This document shows positions 40,373 through 50,335 of a stretch of DNA of 64,000 nt, piece after piece. Within the stretch, counting starts at the first letter, position 1; each line of letters begins with the position of its first letter. The notes beneath the pieces are model-generated. The model saw only the letters and a list, made by a program, of their open reading frames with translations, did no database searches and was not told the DNA's origin. The stretch comes from an uncultured Actinomycetota bacterium (GTDB lineage Bacteria; Actinomycetota; Humimicrobiia; Humimicrobiales; Humimicrobiaceae), in assembly GCA_964481885.1 (NCBI GenBank), contig CAYZUS010000002.1, positions 40,837 through 104,836 on the forward strand. The letters run 5' to 3'. Both the position numbers and the translations under genes were made by a program.

Positions 40373-41224
40373 TTAACTGAAAAGGCCTTTAAGGTATTTT
40401 AAACCTTTCTCGGCCAGTACAAAATCACTGGTTTCGGTCTGTCTCCAGATGGAAGCAGCTTTTGCAATCACTTTATTTTCCGGGGTAAAGGATTCCATAA
40501 CCACCCATTTGTCATAATTGATCCTTCTGAGTGCATCGGCTATTGGCTTCCAGTGAACCTGCCCGGTTCCAGCGGCTCCCCTGTCGTTTTCGCTGGCGTG
40601 AAACAAATATAATAAATCCCCGGCATCCAGGACTGCCATTGCTGAGTTCTTCTCTTCTATGGCCATATGAAAAGAGTCAAGATGAACCTTTAACATTTTA
40701 CTTCCAACGTCTTTAACCAGCTTTATGGCATCACTGCAAATATTAATAAAATCAGTTTCGAAACGGTTCAAAGGCTCTACAGCTATAAATATTCCATACT
40801 TTTCGGCCCACTCACAAGCCTTGCCCAGATTTTGTACAACCGTATCCCACTGAACTTTTCTTTCGCTTTGCTCCACCATACTGGCACGCCCAACGGAAGA
40901 GTAGACCGGACCGGCAAAAACATTGCAGTCAAGTTCACTGCAGGCTTCAAGCGCATCTTTTATATATGAGAGCCCTCCTTCAATATATTCCTTGTTAGGG
41001 CCCCTTATGTCCCTGTTTTCTCCAAAAAGTCCGCAAACTGAAGAGCATACAAGGCCATTGTCTTTAAATGTCTTAAGTGTTTTTTTGTAATCAAAATCTC
41101 CTTTACTTCCAAAGCCGATTTCAACACCGTCAAAACCCATTTCTTTGAATTTTGGCGTCAGACTTTTTACATGCTCGTCTGAGTAAGCACCTGTCCATAA
41201 TAAGGTATTTATCCCGAATTTCAT
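40373..41224 (-). CDS. sugar phosphate isomerase/epimerase (xylose-isomerase-like TIM barrel)
   Basis: GFDGVEIG...AVEPLNRFE...HLDSFHM. 283 aa. Confidence 0.75.
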   Translation of the reverse strand: MKFGINTLLWTGAYSDEHVKSLTPKFKEMGFDGVEIGFGSKGDFDYKKTLKTFKDNGLVCSSVCGLFGENRDIRGPNKEYIEGGLSYIKDALEACSELDCNVFAGPVYSSVGRASMVEQSERKVQWDTVVQNLGKACEWAEKYGIFIAVEPLNRFETDFINICSDAIKLVKDVGSKMLKVHLDSFHMAIEEKNSAMAVLDAGDLLYLFHASENDRGAAGTGQVHWKPIADALRRINYDKWVVMESFTPENKVIAKAASIWRQTETSDFVLAEKGLKYLKGLFS

Positions 41225-41268
41225 TGCCGCCTCCGATATTAATATTGTTAAATAAACACTTCTTTAAA

Positions 41269-42486
41269 TTATTCGAATATGCACAACTCCTTTTTGCCAT
41301 TTTCAGCTGATTTAAGAATTGCGTCACAGATTACTGCATTTCTGTATCCATCCTCAAACGTTGCGACGTAAGGTTCAAGGGGTGAATTGTTTACTACTGC
41401 ATTTACCATATTTAAAGCAGTATGCACAAAAGTGTTTTCCCATCCTATAATGTGACCATGCGGCCACCAGTAAGAGTAATATGGATGATGCGACTCAGAA
41501 ACATTAATACAGTGGAATCCCTGTGTTTCAATGGGCTTTTCATCCCTCCAGAAAACATTAAGATTATTTAAATTCTCAAGATCCCACCATATACTGCCTT
41601 TTTCCCCATTTATTTCAATGATATTCTGGTTCTTTCTGCCTGCTGCAAACCTTGATGCTTCAATTGTGCCGATTGCGCCATTTTCAAATTCAACGGCTGC
41701 AGCAATGGCATCATCCACATCGACTTCCTCATTTTTTTTAGTATCGGGATTAAACCTTTCCTTTATAAAGGTCTGGCTCACAGCCGAAACAGCCTTGAAT
41801 TCCCCGCATAAAAATCTTCCCAAATCTATAATATGGGCCCCCAAATCTCCAAGAGCGCCACTGCCGCATACATCTTTTTTTAATCTCCATATCATCGGAA
41901 ATGCCGGATCTATTATCCATTCCTGCAGATACCTTGCCCTGAAATGAAATATTCTTCCCAGTTTTCCTTCAGCTATAAGGTTTTTTGCCAATGCAATTGC
42001 CGGAACCATTCGGTAGTTATAATTGCAGATATTTTTGACATTGTATTTTTTGACAGCATCCCTCATGGTTTTTGCTTCGGCGGCATTTCTTGCAAGAGGT
42101 TTTTCACATACAATATTCTTTCCGGCTTTTGCTGCTGCAATGGAAGTTTCTGCATGCATGTTATTTGGCGTACAGCTGTCAACTATCGAAATCCTGTCAT
42201 CTTCAATAACTTCTTTCCAGTTTGTCGTATGCGACTCAAATCCATATCTCCTGGCTGCCTCAGCAACCTCATTTTCCGGAATCCCGCATATTTTAACAAG
42301 TTTTGGAATTGCAGCCGGGGGCCAGAAAATATAAGGCATCTGCTTCCAGCCGTTTGAATGAGCCTTGCCCATAAAAGAGTGCCCTATCATTCCAATTCCT
42401 ATTTCCGGAATATTTTCAGCTGCCATTTTTTCACTGGTCATAGCAACAAAACCTACTTTTTTTTCTTCTGCCATAATCCACCTCAC
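41269..42486 (-). CDS. Gfo/Idh/MocA family oxidoreductase
   Basis: IGIGMIGHSFMGKAH Rossmann motif and CEKPLA. 405 aa. It is a paralog of 46705-47904. Confidence 0.8.
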   Translation of the reverse strand: MRWIMAEEKKVGFVAMTSEKMAAENIPEIGIGMIGHSFMGKAHSNGWKQMPYIFWPPAAIPKLVKICGIPENEVAEAARRYGFESHTTNWKEVIEDDRISIVDSCTPNNMHAETSIAAAKAGKNIVCEKPLARNAAEAKTMRDAVKKYNVKNICNYNYRMVPAIALAKNLIAEGKLGRIFHFRARYLQEWIIDPAFPMIWRLKKDVCGSGALGDLGAHIIDLGRFLCGEFKAVSAVSQTFIKERFNPDTKKNEEVDVDDAIAAAVEFENGAIGTIEASRFAAGRKNQNIIEINGEKGSIWWDLENLNNLNVFWRDEKPIETQGFHCINVSESHHPYYSYWWPHGHIIGWENTFVHTALNMVNAVVNNSPLEPYVATFEDGYRNAVICDAILKSAENGKKELCIFE

Positions 42487-42548
42487 CTCTGATTCTGGTT
42501 TTTAATAATTAAATATAAAAATATTTTTCGATTCCTTCTTTAAATGTT

Positions 42549-43802
42549 TTATTCCTTTTCCTGTTCGACATATTCCGGTTCGCTTCTTATTGCTTCATTG
42601 TTTGAGCTGCTTCTGCCTACTCTGTCAAACAGAAATATAACCGCCAGTATTATTATAGCAACAATCGCCATCAATATTGATGAAAATGATATTGACAACT
42701 GCATGCTGATTTTTGATGAGAACTTTGTTATTACCGGTGCCAAAGCAAGCCCAAGGTTGGAAGCCAGAAATAGAAATGTGGAAAGAATGCCCCTGCCTTT
42801 TTCATAAAGAGTGCTGCCGGTGGAAATAAGCATTGGAAACAATGCAGAATATCCAAGGCCGGCAATTGAAATTAAAATATAAACAAGATATTTATTATAA
42901 AAAAATGAAAATACAAGCATTGATATTACTGCCAAAATCGAAATAACCAGCATTATTTTTGTGGATTTTATTCTCCCGGCTATAACAAGGACAATTAACC
43001 TTCCAATTACTACAAACAGCCAGAATAAATTTAGGGCAAGACTGGCAGGCTGGACCAAAAAATTCCTTGCCAGTCCTAAAAATGTAGGGGTCCACGTTGC
43101 AACTATGGTTTCAGAGCTGCAATAAAAACCAACTGCCAAAAACACCAGGATAAAAATCATGTTTTTTGTTTTATCTGCAAAAACTTCCTTCAGCGGCAAC
43201 CTTGCTTCATTTTGGACTGCAGCGCTTTCGTGTTTTCTTCCCAAAATACTGATATACAGGATAATATTTAAAGATATCAAAAATATTATTGTGTAATAAA
43301 TAAATCTCCAGTTAAAACCCGCACTTATTATTAAAGAAGAAATAAAGGGAGCGATAAAAGCGCCTACAGGGTAAAATGTTAAAAATATTGTAATTATTCT
43401 GTCTTTGTTTCTCACTTTGCTTGCCAGTATATATTGGTTTGCCTGCATCCATATAACCCCAAATATATAACCGGAAAGAAGGTATAATATCCAGAATAAA
43501 ATCAGGTTGGTACTGAAACCAATGATTACAGCAATCGGAATAAGCATAAGATATCCCGCTATAATCACCTGTATTTTTTTAAATTTTCTGTTATAAACAA
43601 CAGATGTAAGCTGGCCAAGAGCGGCGCCTATTGTAAAAGATGTAAATATAAAACCCAGGTTTGCCACCAAAATGCCGGTCGTTTTGCTAATCTCTATTAA
43701 AATCGGACTTGCGATATTAAAGAAGATTGAAAAAATAAATACCGATAAAAAGTTTGGTATTTCTGCCACATAATTGGCAAACCTGTCTTTTTCATCAACC
43801 AT
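42549..43802 (-). CDS. MFS transporter
   Basis: 417 aa with ~12 transmembrane helices. Confidence 0.8.
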   Translation of the reverse strand: MVDEKDRFANYVAEIPNFLSVFIFSIFFNIASPILIEISKTTGILVANLGFIFTSFTIGAALGQLTSVVYNRKFKKIQVIIAGYLMLIPIAVIIGFSTNLILFWILYLLSGYIFGVIWMQANQYILASKVRNKDRIITIFLTFYPVGAFIAPFISSLIISAGFNWRFIYYTIIFLISLNIILYISILGRKHESAAVQNEARLPLKEVFADKTKNMIFILVFLAVGFYCSSETIVATWTPTFLGLARNFLVQPASLALNLFWLFVVIGRLIVLVIAGRIKSTKIMLVISILAVISMLVFSFFYNKYLVYILISIAGLGYSALFPMLISTGSTLYEKGRGILSTFLFLASNLGLALAPVITKFSSKISMQLSISFSSILMAIVAIIILAVIFLFDRVGRSSSNNEAIRSEPEYVEQEKE

Positions 43803-43980
43803 TTATTTTTATCCCGTTCCCAATCATTTTATTTCCCTTTTCTTTAAAAATTATTATCTTTTACTGTCATTTATTATTGCTGCAATTTCTTTACTATTAA
43901 AAAAGACTTGTAACTGATTATTGTTTATCTGTAAAAATATCCTCTTGCCGGTTATGGGTTCCATTGTTTTTTATTAAAGA

Positions 43981-45078
43981 TTATCTGCACCCTATTTCCT
44001 TTAGGGCCATATCAGCCATAATCATATTGCCGGTTGGAGTCATTCTGGGAACCTCGCACCCTGCTGCTATAAAGGTGTTGCTGTTTCCTTCATTAACACA
44101 GGAAAACACTGCCCTTCTTATATCTTCAGCATCTCCCTGAAGCATCACGCTGACAGGATCAAAATTGCCGCATGCACTGCATTTCCCTTTGAACACTGCA
44201 TTTGCTTCTTTAAAATCAACCATCCAGTCAATATCAACAATATCTGCGCCTGTGAGTGGTAAATAATTTAAAATTGAAGAAATATTGCCGCAAATATGAA
44301 GTTTCGCTTTGGCACCCTTATCATGTATTGCCTTTACAATTCTTTGCTCGCATGGAAGTACAAAATTTCTGTAAGCAGTGGGGCTTATCAGGGAAGCTAC
44401 GGCATCGCCTATGCCTATAAAATCAGCGCCTGCATCTATTTGCTCTTCAGAAAACAGGATGGCCTGCCTTGTGCATATTTCAAGCAAATCTTTTATAAAA
44501 TCGGGCCTGTCAAAAATATCAATCATTATTTTGCTTACTCCCATAAGATCAGCTGATTCTGCAAAAGCTCCCTCCACCCAGCCAAGAATAGGATATTTTT
44601 GTCCGACTTCTTTCCTGAACAATTTAATTGCCTCAATCCTGTCATTTGCTCTTTCAGAATTTATTGCATGTTTTATTTTTAGTTTATCGATGTCAGAATA
44701 ATCTTTTATAAAGAAATCACTGCATTTTGGCACATCATCATCCGGAAAGATTATTCTGGATCCAAAACCCTGCGCCTCCCTGTATGGATCAGATATTGCG
44801 CTAACCATATCAATGCCAAATTGCTCACAACAGGCAATATTTCCTTCAACAAGATACCTGTAGTCAGTAACATACTTTTTATAAGGGACTTTTATCAAAT
44901 TTGCAGCAAATGTCATAACTATATTTAAGTTCGGTATTTTATCTACCTCTTCACCTTTAAGTCTTTTAAAAACACGTTCTTTAGGAGTCATTTCTTTGCT
45001 GCTGCCTCTGTTTTCTTTCCTGTTGCCGCTGTTGTAAGGGCTGTTGTTTTTTTCGCTGCCGATGATGCTGTTTTTCAT
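43981..45078 (-). CDS. uroporphyrinogen decarboxylase (URO-D)/MtaA-like family protein
   Basis: N-terminus TPKERVFKRLKGEEVDKIP (compare MtaA/UroD N-termini). 365 aa. Confidence 0.7.
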   Translation of the reverse strand: MKNSIIGSEKNNSPYNSGNRKENRGSSKEMTPKERVFKRLKGEEVDKIPNLNIVMTFAANLIKVPYKKYVTDYRYLVEGNIACCEQFGIDMVSAISDPYREAQGFGSRIIFPDDDVPKCSDFFIKDYSDIDKLKIKHAINSERANDRIEAIKLFRKEVGQKYPILGWVEGAFAESADLMGVSKIMIDIFDRPDFIKDLLEICTRQAILFSEEQIDAGADFIGIGDAVASLISPTAYRNFVLPCEQRIVKAIHDKGAKAKLHICGNISSILNYLPLTGADIVDIDWMVDFKEANAVFKGKCSACGNFDPVSVMLQGDAEDIRRAVFSCVNEGNSNTFIAAGCEVPRMTPTGNMIMADMALKEIGCR

Positions 45079-45154
45079 AATTTTTTATGTATAATTTTTT
45101 ATAAATATTTTATTGCTCCCGGCAAAATAGTTATCAGATAGTTCTCTGTCAGAT

Positions 45155-46462
45155 TCACGAGACTCTTTCCGATTCCTCCCTTGCAATTTTTGTCCATCTG
45201 ATTACATTATCAGGATTATTTCCTATCGTATGATTATCCTTCATGATAATTTCAATAATGCATCCCTTTGCGGCATCCAGAATATTTCTTATCCTCTTTC
45301 GAGCAACTTCTTCATCCATGACAGGCGCAGCAAGGTCGGTAGGCTTTATTTTTAATGAGTACACATAATTATCCTGAAGGTTTTCCCTCATTTGCTCAAA
45401 ATTTGCCCAGCTTGAAACTGAGACCCTTCTTAAATTTGGAATCTTTTTTACCATGTTCCATCTTTTTTCAACCGGTTCACAGCACCCATAGCAATTTAGC
45501 CCAAACAGTTTTAAAACGGGCAGCTGATACTGGAAAATAAATTCTTCAAACATTGCCGGTGATATACCGGTTGTTTCCTGGCTTTCTGAAAACCCCCACA
45601 TATCAGCAGTTTTAACCTCACTGGCAGAAAATCCATCCTGTGGCAGATCTTCTGTAAATCCAAATCCTCCAGATCCTACATAGCTGTCATTATTTAAAGA
45701 AAGCAGCCTGCTTTCTTCCAGAAATTTTAATTCTGCAAGAGTTCCTTCCATCAGAAACTTCATTATTCTGTGAATTAACTCTGGTTTATCCATCATGTCC
45801 ACCATCAGGTTCTGAAGACCCCGAAGGAAAGCAAGGCTTGTTGTGAGCCCAAGGCTCCACCACCAGACACCCTTTAGACGGACTTCAAGAATTCCGTCAA
45901 ATATCTCATTTGCAAGCTCAACTGTTTCATTTGTTGTCTTATAATCAATTTCAATTTTTGGAAATCTCAGCTTGTCGGCATCGGCTTCACTTTTTAAAGG
46001 AGCATCCCAGATATAGGAACCTCCGCCACCGCCATGAAAGCTTGTTTGTAATCCCCATCCGCTGTCAGAATACGTATATCCTATGTTAAAGTAAGGGAGC
46101 ATAACTTTATCGTCAAGCATTCTGGTTCCCCAGAATATTTCCTTTTTTAATATAACTTCCCACTTTTTGGCAAGGCTGCCCTCGCACTCTATAAGATTGC
46201 CGGATATTATTTCATTCCATCCATTTTCAGGGTCACAAAATATTAAAGGCTCTTTTAATTTGAGGTCATTATGAAGAATCCATTTGCGCTTTTTTTCTTT
46301 CTCAATATCGCGGTCGGACAGGTCCCTTACTTCCAGCGCCAGTTTTTTCAAAATACTTTTATCTTTTTCTGAAATAAAAATCTCATGCTTCCTGCCCGCT
46401 GCAAAAGCAGGAGTACTCCCGTAGTCTGACACATCCCATAAGCCTGTTGCATTGTTAACCAT
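45155..46462 (-). CDS. hypothetical protein, possibly a divergent URO-D-like fold
   Basis: 435 aa. The C-terminal pattern ...GCIIEI...N...PDNV...ARE resembles URO-D family C-termini. Weak evidence. Confidence 0.3.
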   Translation of the reverse strand: MVNNATGLWDVSDYGSTPAFAAGRKHEIFISEKDKSILKKLALEVRDLSDRDIEKEKKRKWILHNDLKLKEPLIFCDPENGWNEIISGNLIECEGSLAKKWEVILKKEIFWGTRMLDDKVMLPYFNIGYTYSDSGWGLQTSFHGGGGGSYIWDAPLKSEADADKLRFPKIEIDYKTTNETVELANEIFDGILEVRLKGVWWWSLGLTTSLAFLRGLQNLMVDMMDKPELIHRIMKFLMEGTLAELKFLEESRLLSLNNDSYVGSGGFGFTEDLPQDGFSASEVKTADMWGFSESQETTGISPAMFEEFIFQYQLPVLKLFGLNCYGCCEPVEKRWNMVKKIPNLRRVSVSSWANFEQMRENLQDNYVYSLKIKPTDLAAPVMDEEVARKRIRNILDAAKGCIIEIIMKDNHTIGNNPDNVIRWTKIAREESERVS

Positions 46463-46704
46463 AAATCCTCAACGTAAAAACAGATCACAAAATATTATTT
46501 ATAATTAATTATTTCCTGCTGGCTAACTATACTAAAAAGCTGAATTAATAAAATTCAAGCATAATTTCAGCTAAAATAAATAGAAACTAAACTATTAACC
46601 AGTGCTAAATCAGTCTATTAAATTTTTATAAAAGCTATTTTTAAGCCTTAAGCATATGGACGCTTCTTAACTCTTAAGTATATTGCCACTTAAAAAAGCA
46701 CTTT

Positions 46705-47904
46705 TTATATTTCAGGTTTTACCTCAAGCTTTACTCCGCTTTCTGAAGACTCCCTGATTTTATCCATAATCAGCTGGATAACATAACCGTCATAAAAAGT
46801 GGCGCCATAAGGCTCTACACTTTTATTATTTACTATACAATCCAATAAATGCGCGATCTCATTTACATGAGCATTCTCCCACCCTATATTGTGTCCCGGC
46901 GGCCACAGCAGGGACGCAAACGGATCTTTGGGGTCCGTAACGGAAACTTTTGTAAATCCTGAAATATCGGCTGAGGGAGAGTCTTTTAACCAGACATAAA
47001 GATGATTTAAGTCCTCCAGGTCCCAATATATGCTGCCCTTGGAGCCATTTATTTCCCAGGTGTGCTGATTTAATCTTCCTGCTGAAATCCCTGATGATTC
47101 GATTGAACCTACTGCTCCATTTTCAAATTCCACAAGACTGAAATTGGTTTCATCGGCGCTTATGATTTCGGTACTGTTATTTCTGTTTAATCTCGTAGTA
47201 TTAAAGGTTTTTTGAATTCCTGATACGGTCTTTATTTCTGAAACAAGAAATCTTGCAAGATCGATTATGTGGCATCCGATTCCCAGATTGACTCCTGATT
47301 TTGTTCCTGATGCATACCAGACATCTTCAATTGGATTTCCGGGATTGGCTCCTACAGACTGCAGGTATCTTCCCCTGAACTCATATATTTCCCCCAAAAC
47401 ACCATTTTTAATCATTTCTTTTGCCCGCCTTACTGCAGGGATAAATCTGTAGTTGTGCCCGAGCATATGTTTGACCTTTGCTTTTTTTGCGGCCGTATAC
47501 ATCCTTTTAGCGTCATCAACAGTCATTGCAAGAGGTTTTTCACACAATACATTTTTGCCTGCTTCGACAGCCGCAATGCAAGGCTCACAGTGCATGTCAT
47601 CAGGAGTGCAATTATCTATCAGCAGAATCCTTGGATCCTTAACCAGAAGATTCCAATCGTTGTAATAGCCCTGATAACCGTACCTGTACGCCGCCTCCTG
47701 CGTCTGGGACTCATTTTCCAAAAGCCCACAGACGGCCACAAGCTCCGGTATTGCAACAGGGGGCCAGGAAAAGTAGCTTAGTTTTTTATAGGCATTGGTA
47801 TGCGCCTTTCCCATAAATCCATACCCTATCAGTCCTATTCCGATTTTGGGAAAATTATATTTTTCTGTGTCTGTTTCTTTAAAACCCTGCATATTTATAG
47901 CCAT
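46705..47904 (-). CDS. Gfo/Idh/MocA family oxidoreductase
   Basis: IGIGLIGYGFMGKAH and CEKPLA. 399 aa. Confidence 0.8.
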   Translation of the reverse strand: MAINMQGFKETDTEKYNFPKIGIGLIGYGFMGKAHTNAYKKLSYFSWPPVAIPELVAVCGLLENESQTQEAAYRYGYQGYYNDWNLLVKDPRILLIDNCTPDDMHCEPCIAAVEAGKNVLCEKPLAMTVDDAKRMYTAAKKAKVKHMLGHNYRFIPAVRRAKEMIKNGVLGEIYEFRGRYLQSVGANPGNPIEDVWYASGTKSGVNLGIGCHIIDLARFLVSEIKTVSGIQKTFNTTRLNRNNSTEIISADETNFSLVEFENGAVGSIESSGISAGRLNQHTWEINGSKGSIYWDLEDLNHLYVWLKDSPSADISGFTKVSVTDPKDPFASLLWPPGHNIGWENAHVNEIAHLLDCIVNNKSVEPYGATFYDGYVIQLIMDKIRESSESGVKLEVKPEI

Positions 47905-48064
47905 TCCTTTCGAGGCACGAAATAATAATGAAAAGAGTTTCTTTTTAAGACCTGTGCCTCTTCAAAAAAGAATGAAAAGACAGCCCCGCAAAAGAATAAA
48001 AAGAGTTGCTTTTTCAAACTTCTTCCTCTCCACAAAAAAGCTAAAAGGCATCCTCACAAAAGAT

Positions 48065-48916
48065 TTATTTTCTTAAAAGATTAAGAAAATCTATACTTTC
48101 AGCCACTGCCTTATCTACTTCTCCTTTATATTTCGGGTGAAGATTATCAATTTCAACAGCCAGAAATCCATTATATCCTGCTATTTCAAGTTCTGCAGTA
48201 ATGGCTTCAATATTAATTATCCCCTGCCCTACCGGGGTGCAGGAGAAAAACATCCAGTCCTTGGGATCCCATCCATAAATTGCCTCTACATCTTTAAGAT
48301 GAGTAGCAAATATATGTTTGGAAAGCAGCTTTGCAGATTTTACCGGATCATCTCCATTTCTCAGGCAATTTCCTGTGTCAAAAGTAAGCCCAAAATACGG
48401 AGAGTCGACATTTGTAATTATTGTCAATATCTCATCAGTCGTAAAATCAAAATGGTTTTCTATTGCAATTCTTATTCCGCTGTCCTGGGCAATACTGACT
48501 GCTTCTTTCATCATTTTTGTAATTCGATTAATTTGTGGAAGGTGAGGCTCATTTCTAAATGAAAGGCTGGAACCAACCATTCTCAGAAGATCAGTTCCCA
48601 GTAATTTGCATGTTTTAAACTGCTCGTACATTTCTTTCAGCGCCGCTACATTATTTCCGCCTTCAAGCCCGTTAGGATGGCCCCATGCAACAACTACTTT
48701 AAAGTTGTTTTTATCTATTATCTCCCTTATTTTCTTTAAATAGCTCTCGTCAAAGGAGGGGATAAAACATGTTTCAAGGGACACACCGTCGACTTTCAGT
48801 TCAGCGGCACGGCTTAAAAAATCCTCAAGGCTCATTTTTACTTTTGGTGCCTCTTCTGTCGGATATACTTCCCCGAAATATTTATGGTAGCAATAACTGT
48901 CAATGCCAATTTTCAT
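48065..48916 (-). CDS. sugar phosphate isomerase/epimerase (xylose-isomerase-like TIM barrel)
   Basis: VDGVSLE...AIENHFDF...FDTGN...HLKD. 283 aa. Confidence 0.75.
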   Translation of the reverse strand: MKIGIDSYCYHKYFGEVYPTEEAPKVKMSLEDFLSRAAELKVDGVSLETCFIPSFDESYLKKIREIIDKNNFKVVVAWGHPNGLEGGNNVAALKEMYEQFKTCKLLGTDLLRMVGSSLSFRNEPHLPQINRITKMMKEAVSIAQDSGIRIAIENHFDFTTDEILTIITNVDSPYFGLTFDTGNCLRNGDDPVKSAKLLSKHIFATHLKDVEAIYGWDPKDWMFFSCTPVGQGIINIEAITAELEIAGYNGFLAVEIDNLHPKYKGEVDKAVAESIDFLNLLRK

Positions 48917-49175
48917 GTTATCCCCCCCTTTTTTTTAAAAAAAATAACTTATTGTTTTTGCTTAAAAAAAATCTTCACAAAACAGTTATTTGCAATGTTC
49001 TCTGTCAGGTTGCTTATTAATATTTAAATATATCCAGTTCGTATAAAACCACCGGAATTTTACAGAAATTGCAAACAAATCAATCATGAAACTTTCTAAT
49101 TGAAGCCTCACCTGATTGGCCGTCCGCCTAAACTGCTGCTCATATTTTTAAACAATTTACTTCTTTTCAGGTAAC

Positions 49176-50018
49176 CTAAATACCGCAGGATTTCAGGAAC
49201 TGAACACTTTTCTTAAGTATTTCAGGATCACCGACAATTTCCAATGTTGAAGCTTCAATATTTGTACCTTTAAGAGCATCACAAATACCTTTGATATCAA
49301 TAATACCGTCTCCCATTGCTATTGTTGAAAACCCTGCACCAAATTGTTTGGTTCTCTTTGGCAGCCAGTCTTCACCCAAATCTTTCCAATGAACATGATG
49401 AATTTTGTCTTTAAAAGTTTTAGCCATTTCAACAGGGTCAGCACCGCCCAGCCAGCTGTTTCCAGTGTCAAGATTTAAACCAATGGCTGGATTGTTATCA
49501 AGAAGATCAAACACTTTTTTCAGTCCGTCGATTGTATCTGTAATTGGCCCATGATTTTCCAGAAGAATTCTTACTCCATAGTCTGAAGCCATTTTTACCG
49601 GTTCACAAAGCTTTTCAGCAATCGTAAAGGTTCTTTGTTCAATTGTAGTTTTACGACCCCATTCCGTAGTGGCTTCACCTTCTGTTGTGATAACTTCTTT
49701 TACTCCAATGGCAGCTGCCATTTTAATTGCTTTCATAATTTCTGCAGTTCCGAATCTGCTGGGTTTGGATGGATCAAGAAGGTTTGCATGGGCACATATT
49801 GTTGAAATTTTTATACCATATTTATCAAATAGTCTCTTAACATCAAAAGGGTTGTCGTCAAGGCTTACTGTCGGGCTGAAACCTGCTGTTCCAAGCATGC
49901 TTCCACCTGCATTTGTATCAGTAACGTCAGCATATAAAAATCCCATTTCCTTTGCAGTTTTTAATTGCTCTTCAACACTTGCAAAAGGCTTGATTAAAAG
50001 AAATAATCCTATGTTCAT
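49176..50018 (-). CDS. sugar phosphate isomerase/epimerase (xylose-isomerase-like TIM barrel)
   Basis: LLENHGP...LNLDTGN...HVHWKD. 280 aa. Confidence 0.75.
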   Translation of the reverse strand: MNIGLFLLIKPFASVEEQLKTAKEMGFLYADVTDTNAGGSMLGTAGFSPTVSLDDNPFDVKRLFDKYGIKISTICAHANLLDPSKPSRFGTAEIMKAIKMAAAIGVKEVITTEGEATTEWGRKTTIEQRTFTIAEKLCEPVKMASDYGVRILLENHGPITDTIDGLKKVFDLLDNNPAIGLNLDTGNSWLGGADPVEMAKTFKDKIHHVHWKDLGEDWLPKRTKQFGAGFSTIAMGDGIIDIKGICDALKGTNIEASTLEIVGDPEILKKSVQFLKSCGI

Positions 50019-50335
50019 CTTTCCCTCCTGAAATTTTTTTTATTTTAATTTTTAATCTTATTATTAAAAAAGCTTTATCAGCTGAATAGTCAATCTCACT
50101 GGAAACCTTTGGTCCTAAAAAAAATCTGGTACTATGGCAATATGGTAATCTGGTAATTTATCGATTATTTTGAAAATTAAAATTTATATTTTTCTTTTTC
50201 TTTTGGTTCTTTTGAATATATAGCCTGCAGAAATATCCTGCAGGCTATATAAGCTCGTATAACTTTCTGACCTAAAATTAATAACTTTTTTGATTTCGTT
50301 CCCTGCTAGTAGAACGACTGAATATCAATTTATGG

